From contig JAUCBJ010009087.1 of NCBI GenBank assembly GCA_032718475.1, forward strand, positions 25,124 to 89,123: a stretch of DNA of 64,000 nucleotides. The letters run 5' to 3'. Below, one piece after another: positions 50,201 to 64,000 of this stretch (position 1 is its first letter; each line of letters begins with the position of its first letter). The DNA comes from Nemertoderma westbladi (Eukaryota; Animalia; Xenacoelomorpha). Made by a program: the position numbers and the translations under genes. The notes under the pieces are model-generated. The model was not told the origin of the DNA, did no database searches, and worked only from the letters and a program-made list of their open reading frames with translations.

Positions 50201-53200
50201 TAAAGTTTCATTAATTTACCCAACTATAGTTGGTGAATCATCGTAACCGGCGTATAAAGTGTCATTAATTTACCCAACTATAGTTGGTGAATCACCGTAA
50301 CCGGCGTATAAAGTGTCATTAATTTACCCAACTATAGTTGGTGAATCATCGTAACCGGCGTATAAAGTGTCATTAATTTACCCAACTATAGTTGGTGAAT
50401 CATCGAAACCGGCGTATAAAGTGTCATTAATTTACCCAACTATAGTTGGTGAATCACCGTAACCGGCGTATAAAGTGTCATTAATTTACCCAACTATAGT
50501 TGGTGAATCATCGTAACCGGCGTATAAAGTGTCATTAATTTACCCAACTATAGTTGTTGAATTACCGTAACCGGCGTATAAAGTGTCATTAATTTACCCA
50601 ACTATAGTTGGTGAATCACCGTAACTGGCGTATAAAGTGTCATTAATTTACCCAACTATAGTTGGTGAATCACTGTAACCGGCGTATAAAGTGTCATTAA
50701 TTTACACAACTATAGTTGGTGAATCATCGTAACCGGCGTATAAAGTGTCATTAATTTACCCAACTATAGTTGGTGAATCATGGTAACCGGCGTATAAAGT
50801 GTCATTAATTTACACAACTATAGTTGGTGAATCATCGTAACCGGCGTATAAAGTGTCATTAATTAACCCAACTATAGTTGGTGAATCACCGTAACCGGCG
50901 TATAAAGTGTCATTAATTTACACAACTATAGTTGGTGAATCATCGTAACCGGCGTATAAAGTGTCATTAATTTACCCAACTATAGTTGGTGAATCACCGT
51001 AACCGGCGTATAAAGTGTCATTAATTTACCCAACTATAGTTGGTGAATCATCGTAACCGGCGTATAAAGTGTCATTAATTAACCCAACTATAGTTGGTGA
51101 ATCACCGTAACCGGCGTATAAAGTGTCATTAATTTACACAACTATAGTTGGTGAATCATCGTAAACGGCGTATAAAGTGTCATTAATTTACCCAACTATA
51201 GTTGGTGAATCATCGTAACCGGCGTATAAAGTGTCATTAATTAACCCAACTATAGTTGGTGAATCACCGTAACCGGCGTATAAAGTGTCATTAATTTACA
51301 CAACTATAGTTGGTGAATCATCGTAACCGGCGTATAAAGTGTCATTAATTTACCCAACTATAGTTGGTGAATCATCGTAACCGGCGTATAAATGTCATTA
51401 ATTTACCCAACTATAGTTGGTGAATCTTCGTAACCGGAGTATAAAGTGTCATTAATTTACCCAACTATAGTTGGTGAATCACCGTAACCGGCGTATAAAG
51501 TGTCATTAATTTACCCAACTATAGTTGGTGAATCATCGTAACCGGCGTATAAAGTGTCATTAATTTACCCAACTATAGTTGGTGAATCTTCGTAACCGGA
51601 GTATAAAGTGTCATTAATTTACCCAACTATAGTTGGTGAATCATCGTAACCGGCGTATAAAGTGTCATTAATTTACCCAACTATAGTTGGTGAATCATCT
51701 TAACCGGGGTATAAAGTGTCATTAATTTAGTCAACTATAGTTGGTGAATCATCGTAACCGGCGTATAAAGTGTCATTAATTTACCCAACTATAGTTGGTG
51801 AATCATCGTAACCGGCGTATAAAGTGTCATTAATTTACCCAACTATAGTTGGTGAATCACCGTAACCGGCGTATAAAGTGTCATTAATCTACCCAACTAT
51901 AGTTGGTGAATCATCGTAACCGGCGTATAAAGTGTCATTAATTTACCCAACTATAGTTGGTGAATCATCGTAACCGGCGTATAAAGTGTCATTAATTTAC
52001 CCAACTATAGTTGGTGAATCATCGTAACCGGCGTATAAAGTGTCATTAATTTACCCAACTATAGTTGGTGAATCATCGTAACCGGCGTATAAAGTGTCAT
52101 TAATTTACCCAACTATAGTTGGTGAATCATCGTAACCGGCGTATAAAGTGTCATTAATTTACCCAACTATAGTTGGTGAATCACCGTAACCGGCGTATAA
52201 AGTGTCATTAATCTACCCAACTATAGTTGGTGAATCATCGTAACCGGCGTATAAAGTGTCATTAATTTCCCCAACTATAGTTGGCGAATCACCGTAACCG
52301 GCGTATAAAGTGTCATTAATTTACCCAACTATAGTTGGTGAATCATCGTAACCGGCGTATAAAGTGTCATTAATTTACCCAACTATAGTTGGTGAATCAT
52401 CGTAACCAGCGTATAAAGTGTCATTAATTTACCCAACTATAGTTGGTGAATCATGGTAACCGGCGTATAAAGTGTCATTAATTTACCCAACTATAGTTGG
52501 TGAATCATGGTAACCTGCGTATAAAGTGTCATTAATTTACCCAACTATAGTTGGTGAATCACCGTAACCGGCGTATAAAGTGTCATTAATTTACCCAACT
52601 ATAGTTGGTGAATCATCGTAACCGGCGTATAAAGTGTCATTAATTTACCCAACTATAGTTGGTGAATCATCGTAACCAGCGTATAAAGTGTCATTAATTT
52701 ACCCAACTATAGTTGGTGAATCATGGTAACCGGCGTATAAAGTGTCATTAATTTACCCCACTATATAGTTGGTGAATCATGGTAACCGGCGTATAAAGTG
52801 TCATTAATTTACCCAACTATAGTTGGTGAATCATGGTAACCGGCGTATAAAGTGTCATTAATTTACCCAACTATAGTTGGTGAATCACCGTAACCGGAGT
52901 ATAAAGTGTCATTAATTTACCCAACTATAGTTGGTGAATCACCGTAACCGGCGTATAAAGTGTCATTAATTTACCCAACTATAGTTGGTGAATCATCGTA
53001 ACCGGCGTATAAAGTGTCATTAAATTACCCAACTATAGTTGGTGAATCATCGTAACCGGCGTATAAAGTGTCATTAATTTACCCAACTATAGTTGGTGAA
53101 TCTTCGTAACCGGAGTATAAAGTGTCATTAATTTACCCAACTATAGTTGGTGAATCACCGTAACCGGCGTATAAAGTGTCATTAATTTACCCAACTATAG

Positions 53201-56200
53201 TTGGTGAATCACCGTAACCGGCGTATAAAGTGTCATTATTTTACCCAACTATAGTTGGTGAATCATGGTAACCGGCGTATAAAGTGTCATTAATTTACCC
53301 AACTATAGATGGTGAATCACCGTAACCGGCGTATAAAGTGTCATTAATTTACCCAACTATAGTTGGTGAATCACCGTAACCGGCGTATAAAGTGTCATTA
53401 ATTTACCCAACTATAGTTGGTGAATCATCGTAACCGGCGTATAAAGTGTCATTAATTTACCCAACTATAGTTGGTGAATCATCGTAACCGGCGTATAAAG
53501 TGTCATTAATTTACCCAACTATAGTTGGTGAATCATCGTAACCGGCGTATAAAGTGTCATTAATTTACCCAACTATAGTTGGTGAATCTTCGTAACCGGA
53601 GTATAAAGTTTCATTAATTTACCCAACTATAGTTGGTGAATCATGGTAACCGGCGTATAAAGTGTCATTAATTTACCCAACTATAGTTGGTGAATCATCG
53701 TAACCGGCGTATAAAGTGTCATTAATTTACCCAACTATAGTTGGTGAATCTTCGTAACCGGAGTATAAAGTTTCATTAATTTACCCAACTATAGTTGGTG
53801 AATCACCGTAACCGGCGTATAAAGTGTCATTAATTTACCCAACTATAGTTGGTGAATCTTCGTAACCGGAGTATAAAGTTTCATTAATTTACCCAACTAT
53901 AGTTGGTGAATCACCGTAACCGGCGTATAAAGTGTCATTAATTTACCCAACTATAGTTGGTGAATCACCGTAACCGGCGTATAAAGTGTCATTATTTTAC
54001 CCAACTATAGTTGGTGAATCTTCGTAACCGGAGTATAAAGTTTCATTAATTTACCCAACTATAGTTGGTGAATCACCGTAACCGGCGTATAAAGTGTCAT
54101 TAATTTACCCAACTATAGTTGGTGAATCTTCGTAACCGGAGTATAAAGTGTCATTAATTTACCCAACTATAGTTGGTGAATCATCGTAACCGGCGTATAA
54201 AGTGTCATTAATTTACCCAACTATAGTTGGTGAATCATCGTAACCGGCGTATAAAGTGTCATTAATTTACCCAACTATAGTTGGTGAATCATCGTAACCG
54301 GAGTATAAAGTGTCATTAATTTACCCAACTATAGTTGGTGAATCATCGTAACCGGCGTATAAAGTGTCATTAATTTACCCAACTATAGTTGGTGAATCAT
54401 CGTAACCGGCGTATAAAGTGTCATTAATTTACACAACTATAGTTGGTGAATCACCGTAACCGGCGTATAAAGTGTCATTAATTTACCCAACTATAGTTGG
54501 TGAATCTTCGTAACCGGAGTATAAAGTTTCATTAATTTACCCAACTATAGTTGGTGAATCACCGTAACCGGCGTATAAAGTGTCATTAATTTACCCAACT
54601 ATAGTTGGTGAATCTTCGTAACCGGAGTATAAAGTTTCATTAATTTACCCAACTATAGTTGGTGAATCACCGTAACCGGCGTATAAAGTGTCATTAATTT
54701 ACCCAACTATAGTTGGTGAATCACCGTAACCGGCGTATAAAGTGTCATTAATTTACCCAACTATAGTTGGTGAATCTTCGTAACCGGAGTATAAAGTTTC
54801 ATTAATTTACCCAACTATAGTTGGTGAATCACCGTAACCGGCGTATAAAGTGTCATTAATTTACCCAACTATAGTTGGTGAATCTTCGTAACCGGAGTAT
54901 AAAGTGTCATTAATTTACCCAACTATAGTTGGTGAATCATCGTAACCGGCGTATAAAGTGTCATTAATTTACCCAACTATAGTTGGTGAATCTTCGTAAC
55001 CGGAGTATAAAGTTTCATTAATTTACCCAACTATAGTTGGTGAATCATCGTAACCGGCGTATAAAGTGTCATTAATTTACCCAACTATAGTTGGTGAATC
55101 ACCGTAACCGGCGTATAAAGTGTCATTAATTTACCCAACTATAGTTGGTGAATCATCGTAACCGGCGTATAAAGTGTCATTAATTTACCCAACTATAGTT
55201 GGTGAATCTTCGTAACCGGAGTATAAAGTTTCATTAATTTACCCAATTATAGTTTGTGAATCACCGTAACCGGCGTATAAAGTGTCATTAATTTACCCAA
55301 CTATAGTTGGTGAATCTTCGTAACCGGAGTATAAAGTTTCATTAATTTACCCAACTATAGTTGGTGAATCACCGTAACCGGCGTATAAAGTGTCATTATT
55401 TTACCCAACTATAGTTGGTGAATCTTCGTAACCGGAGTATAAAGTGTCATTAATTTACCCAACTATAGTTGGTGAATCACCGTAACCGGCGTATAAAGTG
55501 TCATTAATTTACCCAACTATAGTTGGTGAATCTTCGTAACCGGAGTATAAAGTGTCATTAATTTACCCAACTATAGTTGGTGAATCTTCGTAACCGGCGT
55601 ATAAAGTGTCATTAATTTACCCAACTATAGTTGGTGAATCATCGTAACCGGCGTATAAAGTGTCATTAATTTACCCAACTATAGTTGGTGAATCACCGTA
55701 ACCGGCGTATAAAGTGTCATTAATTTACACAACTATAGTTGGTGAATCATCGTAACCGGCGTATAAAGTGTCATTAATTTACCCAACTATAGTTGGTGAA
55801 TCATCGTAACCGGCGTATAAATGTCATTAATTTACCCAACTATAGTTGGTGAATCTTCGTAACCGGAGTATAAAGTGTCATTAATTTACCCAACTATAGT
55901 TGGTGAATCACCGTAACCGGCGTATAAAGTGTCATTAATTTACCCAACTATAGTTGGTGAATCATCGTAACCGGCGTATAAAGTGTCATTAATTTACCCA
56001 ACTATAGTTGGTGAATCTTCGTAACCGGAGTATAAAGTGTCATTAATTTACCCAACTATAGTTGGTGAATCATCGTAACCGGCGTATAAAGTGTCATTAA
56101 TTTACCCAACTATAGTTGGTGAATCATCTTAACCGGGGTATAAAGTGTCATTAATTTAGTCAACTATAGTTGGTGAATCATCGTAACCGGCGTATAAAGT

Positions 56201-59200
56201 GTCATTAATTTACCCAACTATAGTTGGTGAATCATCGTAACCGGCGTATAAAGTGTCATTAATTTACCCAACTATAGTTGGTGAATCACCGTAACCGGCG
56301 TATAAAGTGTCATTAATCTACCCAACTATAGTTGGTGAATCATCGTAACCGGCGTATAAAGTGTCATTAATTTACCCAACTATAGTTGGTGAATCATCGT
56401 AACCGGCGTATAAAGTGTCATTAATTTACCCAACTATAGTTGGTGAATCATCGTAACCGGCGTATAAAGTGTCATTAATTTACCCAACTATAGTTGGTGA
56501 ATCATCGTAACCGGCGTATAAAGTGTCATTAATTTACCCAACTATAGTTGGTGAATCATCGTAACCGGCGTATAAAGTGTCATTAATTTACCCAACTATA
56601 GTTGGTGAATCACCGTAACCGGCGTATAAAGTGTCATTAATCTACCCAACTATAGTTGGTGAATCATCGTAACCGGCGTATAAAGTGTCATTAATTTCCC
56701 CAACTATAGTTGGCGAATCACCGTAACCGGCGTATAAAGTGTCATTAATTTACCCAACTATAGTTGGTGAATCATCGTAACCGGCGTATAAAGTGTCATT
56801 AATTTACCCAACTATAGTTGGTGAATCATCGTAACCAGCGTATAAAGTGTCATTAATTTACCCAACTATAGTTGGTGAATCATGGTAACCGGCGTATAAA
56901 GTGTCATTAATTTACCCAACTATAGTTGGTGAATCATGGTAACCTGCGTATAAAGTGTCATTAATTTACCCAACTATAGTTGGTGAATCACCGTAACCGG
57001 CGTATAAAGTGTCATTAATTTACCCAACTATAGTTGGTGAATCATCGTAACCGGCGTATAAAGTGTCATTAATTTACCCAACTATAGTTGGTGAATCATG
57101 GTAACCGGCGTATAAAGTGTCATTAATTTACCCCACTATATAGTTGGTGAATCATGGTAACCGGCGTATAAAGTGTCATTAATTTACCCAACTATAGTTG
57201 GTGAATCATGGTAACCGGCGTATAAAGTGTCATTAATTTACCCAACTATAGTTGGTGAATCACCGTAACCGGAGTATAAAGTGTCATTAATTTACCCAAC
57301 TATAGTTGGTGAATCACCGTAACCGGCGTATAAAGTGTCATTAATTTACCCAACTATAGTTGGTGAATCATCGTAACCGGCGTATAAAGTGTCATTAAAT
57401 TACCCAACTATAGTTGGTGAATCATCGTAACCGGCGTATAAAGTGTCATTAATTTACCCAACTATAGTTGGTGAATCTTCGTAACCGGAGTATAAAGTGT
57501 CATTAATTTACCCAACTATAGTTGGTGAATCACCGTAACCGGCGTATAAAGTGTCATTAATTTACCCAACTATAGTTGGTGAATCACCGTAACCGGCGTA
57601 TAAAGTGTCATTATTTTACCCAACTATAGTTGGTGAATCATGGTAACCGGCGTATAAAGTGTCATTAATTTACCCAACTATAGATGGTGAATCACCGTAA
57701 CCGGCGTATAAAGTGTCATTAATTTACCCAACTATAGTTGGTGAATCACCGTAACCGGCGTATAAAGTGTCATTAATTTACCCAACTATAGTTGGTGAAT
57801 CATCGTAACCGGCGTATAAAGTGTCATTAATTTACCCAACTATAGTTGGTGAATCATCGTAACCGGCGTATAAAGTGTCATTAATTTACCCAACTATAGT
57901 TGGTGAATCATCGTAACCGGCGTATAAAGTGTCATTAATTTACCCAACTATAGTTGGTGAATCTTCGTAACCGGAGTATAAAGTTTCATTAATTTACCCA
58001 ACTATAGTTGGTGAATCATGGTAACCGGCGTATAAAGTGTCATTAATTTACCCAACTATAGTTGGTGAATCATCGTAACCGGCGTATAAAGTGTCATTAA
58101 TTTACCCAACTATAGTTGGTGAATCTTCGTAACCGGCGTATAAAGTGTCATTAATTTACCCAACTATAGTTGGTGAATCATCGTAACCGGCGTATAAAGT
58201 GTCATTAATTTACCCAACTATAGTTGGTGAATCACCGTAACCGGCGTATAAAGTGTCATTAATCTACCCAACTATAGTTGGTGAATCATCGTAACCGGCG
58301 TATAAAGTGTCATTAATTTCCCCAACTATAGTTGGCGAATCACCGTAACCGGCGTATAAAGTGTCATTAATTTACCCAACTATAGTTGGTGAATCATCGT
58401 AACCGGCGTATAAAGTGTCATTAATTTACCCAACTATAGTTGGTGAATCATCGTAACCAGCGTATAAAGTGTCATTAATTTACCCAACTATAGTTGGTGA
58501 ATCATGGTAACCGGCGTATAAAGTGTCATTAATTTACCCAACTATAGTTGGTGAATCATGGTAACCTGCGTATAAAGTGTCATTAATTTACCCAACTATA
58601 GTTGGTGAATCACCGTAACCGGCGTATAAAGTGTCATTAATTTACCCAACTATAGTTGGTGAATCATCGTAACCGGCGTATAAAGTGTCATTAATTTACC
58701 CAACTATAGTTGGTGAATCATGGTAACCGGCGTATAAAGTGTCATTAATTTACCCCACTATATAGTTGGTGAATCATGGTAACCGGCGTATAAAGTGTCA
58801 TTAATTTACCCAACTATAGTTGGTGAATCATGGTAACCGGCGTATAAAGTGTCATTAATTTACCCAACTATAGTTGGTGAATCACCGTAACCGGAGTATA
58901 AAGTGTCATTAATTTACCCAACTATAGTTGGTGAATCACCGTAACCGGCGTATAAAGTGTCATTAATTTACCCAACTATAGTTGGTGAATCATCGTAACC
59001 GGCGTATAAAGTGTCATTAAATTACCCAACTATAGTTGGTGAATCATCGTAACCGGCGTATAAAGTGTCATTAATTTACCCAACTATAGTTGGTGAATCT
59101 TCGTAACCGGAGTATAAAGTGTCATTAATTTACCCAACTATAGTTGGTGAATCACCGTAACCGGCGTATAAAGTGTCATTAATTTACCCAACTATAGTTG

Positions 59201-62200
59201 GTGAATCACCGTAACCGGCGTATAAAGTGTCATTATTTTACCCAACTATAGTTGGTGAATCATGGTAACCGGCGTATAAAGTGTCATTAATTTACCCAAC
59301 TATAGATGGTGAATCACCGTAACCGGCGTATAAAGTGTCATTAATTTACCCAACTATAGTTGGTGAATCACCGTAACCGGCGTATAAAGTGTCATTAATT
59401 TACCCAACTATAGTTGGTGAATCATCGTAACCGGCGTATAAAGTGTCATTAATCTACCCAACTATAGTTGGTGAATCATCGTAACCGGCGTATAAAGTGT
59501 CATTAATTTCCCCAACTATAGTTGGCGAATCACCGTAACCGGCGTATAAAGTGTCATTAATTTACCCAACTATAGTTGGTGAATCATCGTAACCGGCGTA
59601 TAAAGTGTCATTAATTTACCCAACTATAGTTGGTGAATCATCGTAACCAGCGTATAAAGTGTCATTAATTTACCCAACTATAGTTGGTGAATCATGGTAA
59701 CCGGCGTATAAAGTGTCATTAATTTACCCAACTATAGTTGGTGAATCATGGTAACCTGCGTATAAAGTGTCATTAATTTACCCAACTATAGTTGGTGAAT
59801 CACCGTAACCGGCGTATAAAGTGTCATTAATTTACCCAACTATAGTTGGTGAATCATCGTAACCGGCGTATAAAGTGTCATTAATTTACCCAACTATAGT
59901 TGGTGAATCATGGTAACCGGCGTATAAAGTGTCATTAATTTACCCCACTATATAGTTGGTGAATCATGGTAACCGGCGTATAAAGTGTCATTAATTTACC
60001 CAACTATAGTTGGTGAATCATGGTAACCGGCGTATAAAGTGTCATTAATTTACCCAACTATAGTTGGTGAATCACCGTAACCGGAGTATAAAGTGTCATT
60101 AATTTACCCAACTATAGTTGGTGAATCACCGTAACCGGCGTATAAAGTGTCATTAATTTACCCAACTATAGTTGGTGAATCATCGTAACCGGCGTATAAA
60201 GTGTCATTAAATTACCCAACTATAGTTGGTGAATCATCGTAACCGGCGTATAAAGTGTCATTAATTTACCCAACTATAGTTGGTGAATCTTCGTAACCGG
60301 AGTATAAAGTGTCATTAATTTACCCAACTATAGTTGGTGAATCACCGTAACCGGCGTATAAAGTGTCATTAATTTACCCAACTATAGTTGGTGAATCACC
60401 GTAACCGGCGTATAAAGTGTCATTATTTTACCCAACTATAGTTGGTGAATCATGGTAACCGGCGTATAAAGTGTCATTAATTTACCCAACTATAGATGGT
60501 GAATCACCGTAACCGGCGTATAAAGTGTCATTAATTTACCCAACTATAGTTGGTGAATCACCGTAACCGGCGTATAAAGTGTCATTAATTTACCCAACTA
60601 TAGTTGGTGAATCATCGTAACCGGCGTATAAAGTGTCATTAATTTACCCAACTATAGTTGGTGAATCATCGTAACCGGCGTATAAAGTGTCATTAATTTA
60701 CCCAACTATAGTTGGTGAATCATCGTAACCGGCGTATAAAGTGTCATTAATTTACCCAACTATAGTTGGTGAATCTTCGTAACCGGAGTATAAAGTTTCA
60801 TTAATTTACCCAACTATAGTTGGTGAATCATGGTAACCGGCGTATAAAGTGTCATTAATTTACCCAACTATAGTTGGTGAATCATCGTAACCGGCGTATA
60901 AAGTGTCATTAATTTACCCAACTATAGTTGGTGAATCTTCGTAACCGGCGTATAAAGTGTCATTAATTTACCCAACTATAGTTGGTGAATCATCGTAACC
61001 GGCGTATAAAGTGTCATTAATTTACCCAACTATAGTTGGTGAATCACCGTAACCGGCGTATAAAGTGTCATTAATCTACCCAACTATAGTTGGTGAATCA
61101 TCGTAACCGGCGTATAAAGTGTCATTAATTTCCCCAACTATAGTTGGCGAATCACCGTAACCGGCGTATAAAGTGTCATTAATTTACCCAACTATAGTTG
61201 GTGAATCATCGTAACCGGCGTATAAAGTGTCATTAATTTACCCAACTATAGTTGGTGAATCATCGTAACCAGCGTATAAAGTGTCATTAATTTACCCAAC
61301 TATAGTTGGTGAATCATGGTAACCGGCGTATAAAGTGTCATTAATTTACCCAACTATAGTTGGTGAATCATGGTAACCTGCGTATAAAGTGTCATTAATT
61401 TACCCAACTATAGTTGGTGAATCACCGTAACCGGCGTATAAAGTGTCATTAATTTACCCAACTATAGTTGGTGAATCATCGTAACCGGCGTATAAAGTGT
61501 CATTAATTTACCCAACTATAGTTGGTGAATCATGGTAACCGGCGTATAAAGTGTCATTAATTTACCCCACTATATAGTTGGTGAATCATGGTAACCGGCG
61601 TATAAAGTGTCATTAATTTACCCAACTATAGTTGGTGAATCATGGTAACCGGCGTATAAAGTGTCATTAATTTACCCAACTATAGTTGGTGAATCACCGT
61701 AACCGGAGTATAAAGTGTCATTAATTTACCCAACTATAGTTGGTGAATCACCGTAACCGGCGTATAAAGTGTCATTAATTTACCCAACTATAGTTGGTGA
61801 ATCATCGTAACCGGCGTATAAAGTGTCATTAAATTACCCAACTATAGTTGGTGAATCATCGTAACCGGCGTATAAAGTGTCATTAATTTACCCAACTATA
61901 GTTGGTGAATCTTCGTAACCGGAGTATAAAGTGTCATTAATTTACCCAACTATAGTTGGTGAATCACCGTAACCGGCGTATAAAGTGTCATTAATTTACC
62001 CAACTATAGTTGGTGAATCACCGTAACCGGCGTATAAAGTGTCATTATTTTACCCAACTATAGTTGGTGAATCATGGTAACCGGCGTATAAAGTGTCATT
62101 AATTTACCCAACTATAGATGGTGAATCACCGTAACCGGCGTATAAAGTGTCATTAATTTACCCAACTATAGTTGGTGAATCACCGTAACCGGCGTATAAA

Positions 62201-64000
62201 GTGTCATTAATTTACCCAACTATAGTTGGTGAATCATCGTAACCGGCGTATAAAGTGTCATTAATTTACCCAACTATAGTTGGTGAATCATCGTAACCGG
62301 CGTATAAAGTGTCATTAATTTACCCAACTATAGTTGGTGAATCATCGTAACCGGCGTATAAAGTGTCATTAATTTACCCAACTATAGTTGGTGAATCTTC
62401 GTAACCGGAGTATAAAGTTTCATTAATTTACCCAACTATAGTTGGTGAATCATGGTAACCGGCGTATAAAGTGTCATTAATTTACCCAACTATAGTTGGT
62501 GAATCATCGTAACCGGCGTATAAAGTGTCATTAATTTACCCAACTATAGTTGGTGAATCTTCGTAACCGGAGTATAAAGTTTCATTAATTTACCCAACTA
62601 TAGTTGGTGAATCACCGTAACCGGCGTATAAAGTGTCATTAATTTACCCAACTATAGTTGGTGAATCTTCGTAACCGGAGTATAAAGTTTCATTAATTTA
62701 CCCAACTATAGTTGGTGAATCACCGTAACCGGCGTATAAAGTGTCATTAATTTACCCAACTATAGTTGGTGAATCACCGTAACCGGCGTATAAAGTGTCA
62801 TTATTTTACCCAACTATAGTTGGTGAATCTTCGTAACCGGAGTATAAAGTTTCATTAATTTACCCAACTATAGTTGGTGAATCACCGTAACCGGCGTATA
62901 AAGTGTCATTAATTTACCCAACTATAGTTGGTGAATCTTCGTAACCGGAGTATAAAGTGTCATTAATTTACCCAACTATAGTTGGTGAATCATCGTAACC
63001 GGCGTATAAAGTGTCATTAATTTACCCAACTATAGTTGGTGAATCATCGTAACCGGCGTATAAAGTGTCATTAATTTACCCAACTATAGTTGGTGAATCA
63101 TCGTAACCGGAGTATAAAGTGTCATTAATTTACCCAACTATAGTTGGTGAATCATCGTAACCGGCGTATAAAGTGTCATTAATTTACCCAACTATAGTTG
63201 GTGAATCATCGTAACCGGCGTATAAAGTGTCATTAATTTACACAACTATAGTTGGTGAATCACCGTAACCGGCGTATAAAGTGTCATTAATTTACCCAAC
63301 TATAGTTGGTGAATCTTCGTAACCGGAGTATAAAGTTTCATTAATTTACCCAACTATAGTTGGTGAATCACCGTAACCGGCGTATAAAGTGTCATTAATT
63401 TACCCAACTATAGTTGGTGAATCTTCGTAACCGGAGTATAAAGTTTCATTAATTTACCCAACTATAGTTGGTGAATCACCGTAACCGGCGTATAAAGTGT
63501 CATTAATTTACCCAACTATAGTTGGTGAATCACCGTAACCGGCGTATAAAGTGTCATTAATTTACCCAACTATAGTTGGTGAATCTTCGTAACCGGAGTA
63601 TAAAGTTTCATTAATTTACCCAACTATAGTTGGTGAATCACCGTAACCGGCGTATAAAGTGTCATTAATTTACCCAACTATAGTTGGTGAATCTTCGTAA
63701 CCGGAGTATAAAGTGTCATTAATTTACCCAACTATAGTTGGTGAATCATCGTAACCGGCGTATAAAGTGTCATTAATTTACCCAACTATAGTTGGTGAAT
63801 CTTCGTAACCGGAGTATAAAGTTTCATTAATTTACCCAACTATAGTTGGTGAATCATCGTAACCGGCGTATAAAGTGTCATTAATTTACCCAACTATAGT
63901 TGGTGAATCACCGTAACCGGCGTATAAAGTGTCATTAATTTACCCAACTATAGTTGGTGAATCATCGTAACCGGCGTATAAAGTGTCATTAATTTACCCA
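41251..64000. repeat. 54-bp satellite (aatttacccaactatagttggtgaatcaccgtaaccggcgtataaagtgtcatt), about 420 copies, running off the window
   Basis: Direct observation; each unit holds the palindrome ccaactatagttgg. Confidence 0.99.

Noticed and set aside
41251-64000. Palindromic repeats resembling a CRISPR array (also the 31- and 39-bp arrays)
   Set aside because: Units are head-to-tail with no unique spacers, there are no cas genes, and the context is eukaryotic.

Overview
Repeat-rich eukaryotic DNA, most likely from an invertebrate animal and probably heterochromatic. It is not prokaryotic and has no CRISPR array. From left to right: (1) An intact minus-strand ORF of at least 1148 codons (3446 to the window edge). 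The ORF track misses it because its stop lies outside the window. It carries a DEDDy/WRN-like 3'-5' exonuclease-like domain and an embedded perfect 85-bp palindrome, and it is preceded by a highly structured spacer. (2) Upstream on the same strand, a Bel/Pao LTR-retrotransposon gag-protease frame (10115-5082) with four premature stops, from which RT, most of RNase H and integrase have been removed by in-frame deletions. The exonuclease ORF therefore sits at the element's env-like position. (3) A 39-bp satellite of about 10 kb, with an assembly gap and a 5'-truncated LINE inside it. (4) An intronless secreted protein with a fascin-like beta-trefoil and an aerolysin-like beta-pore-forming domain. 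(5) Decayed RTE and CR1-group LINEs, a Kolobok-type MITE, and 61-, 13-, 30/31- and 31-bp tandem repeats. (6) Two phase-compatible spliced exons wedged between satellites. (7) More than 22 kb of a palindromic 54-bp satellite with higher-order repeats. All domain calls were made by eye from motifs, not by database search.
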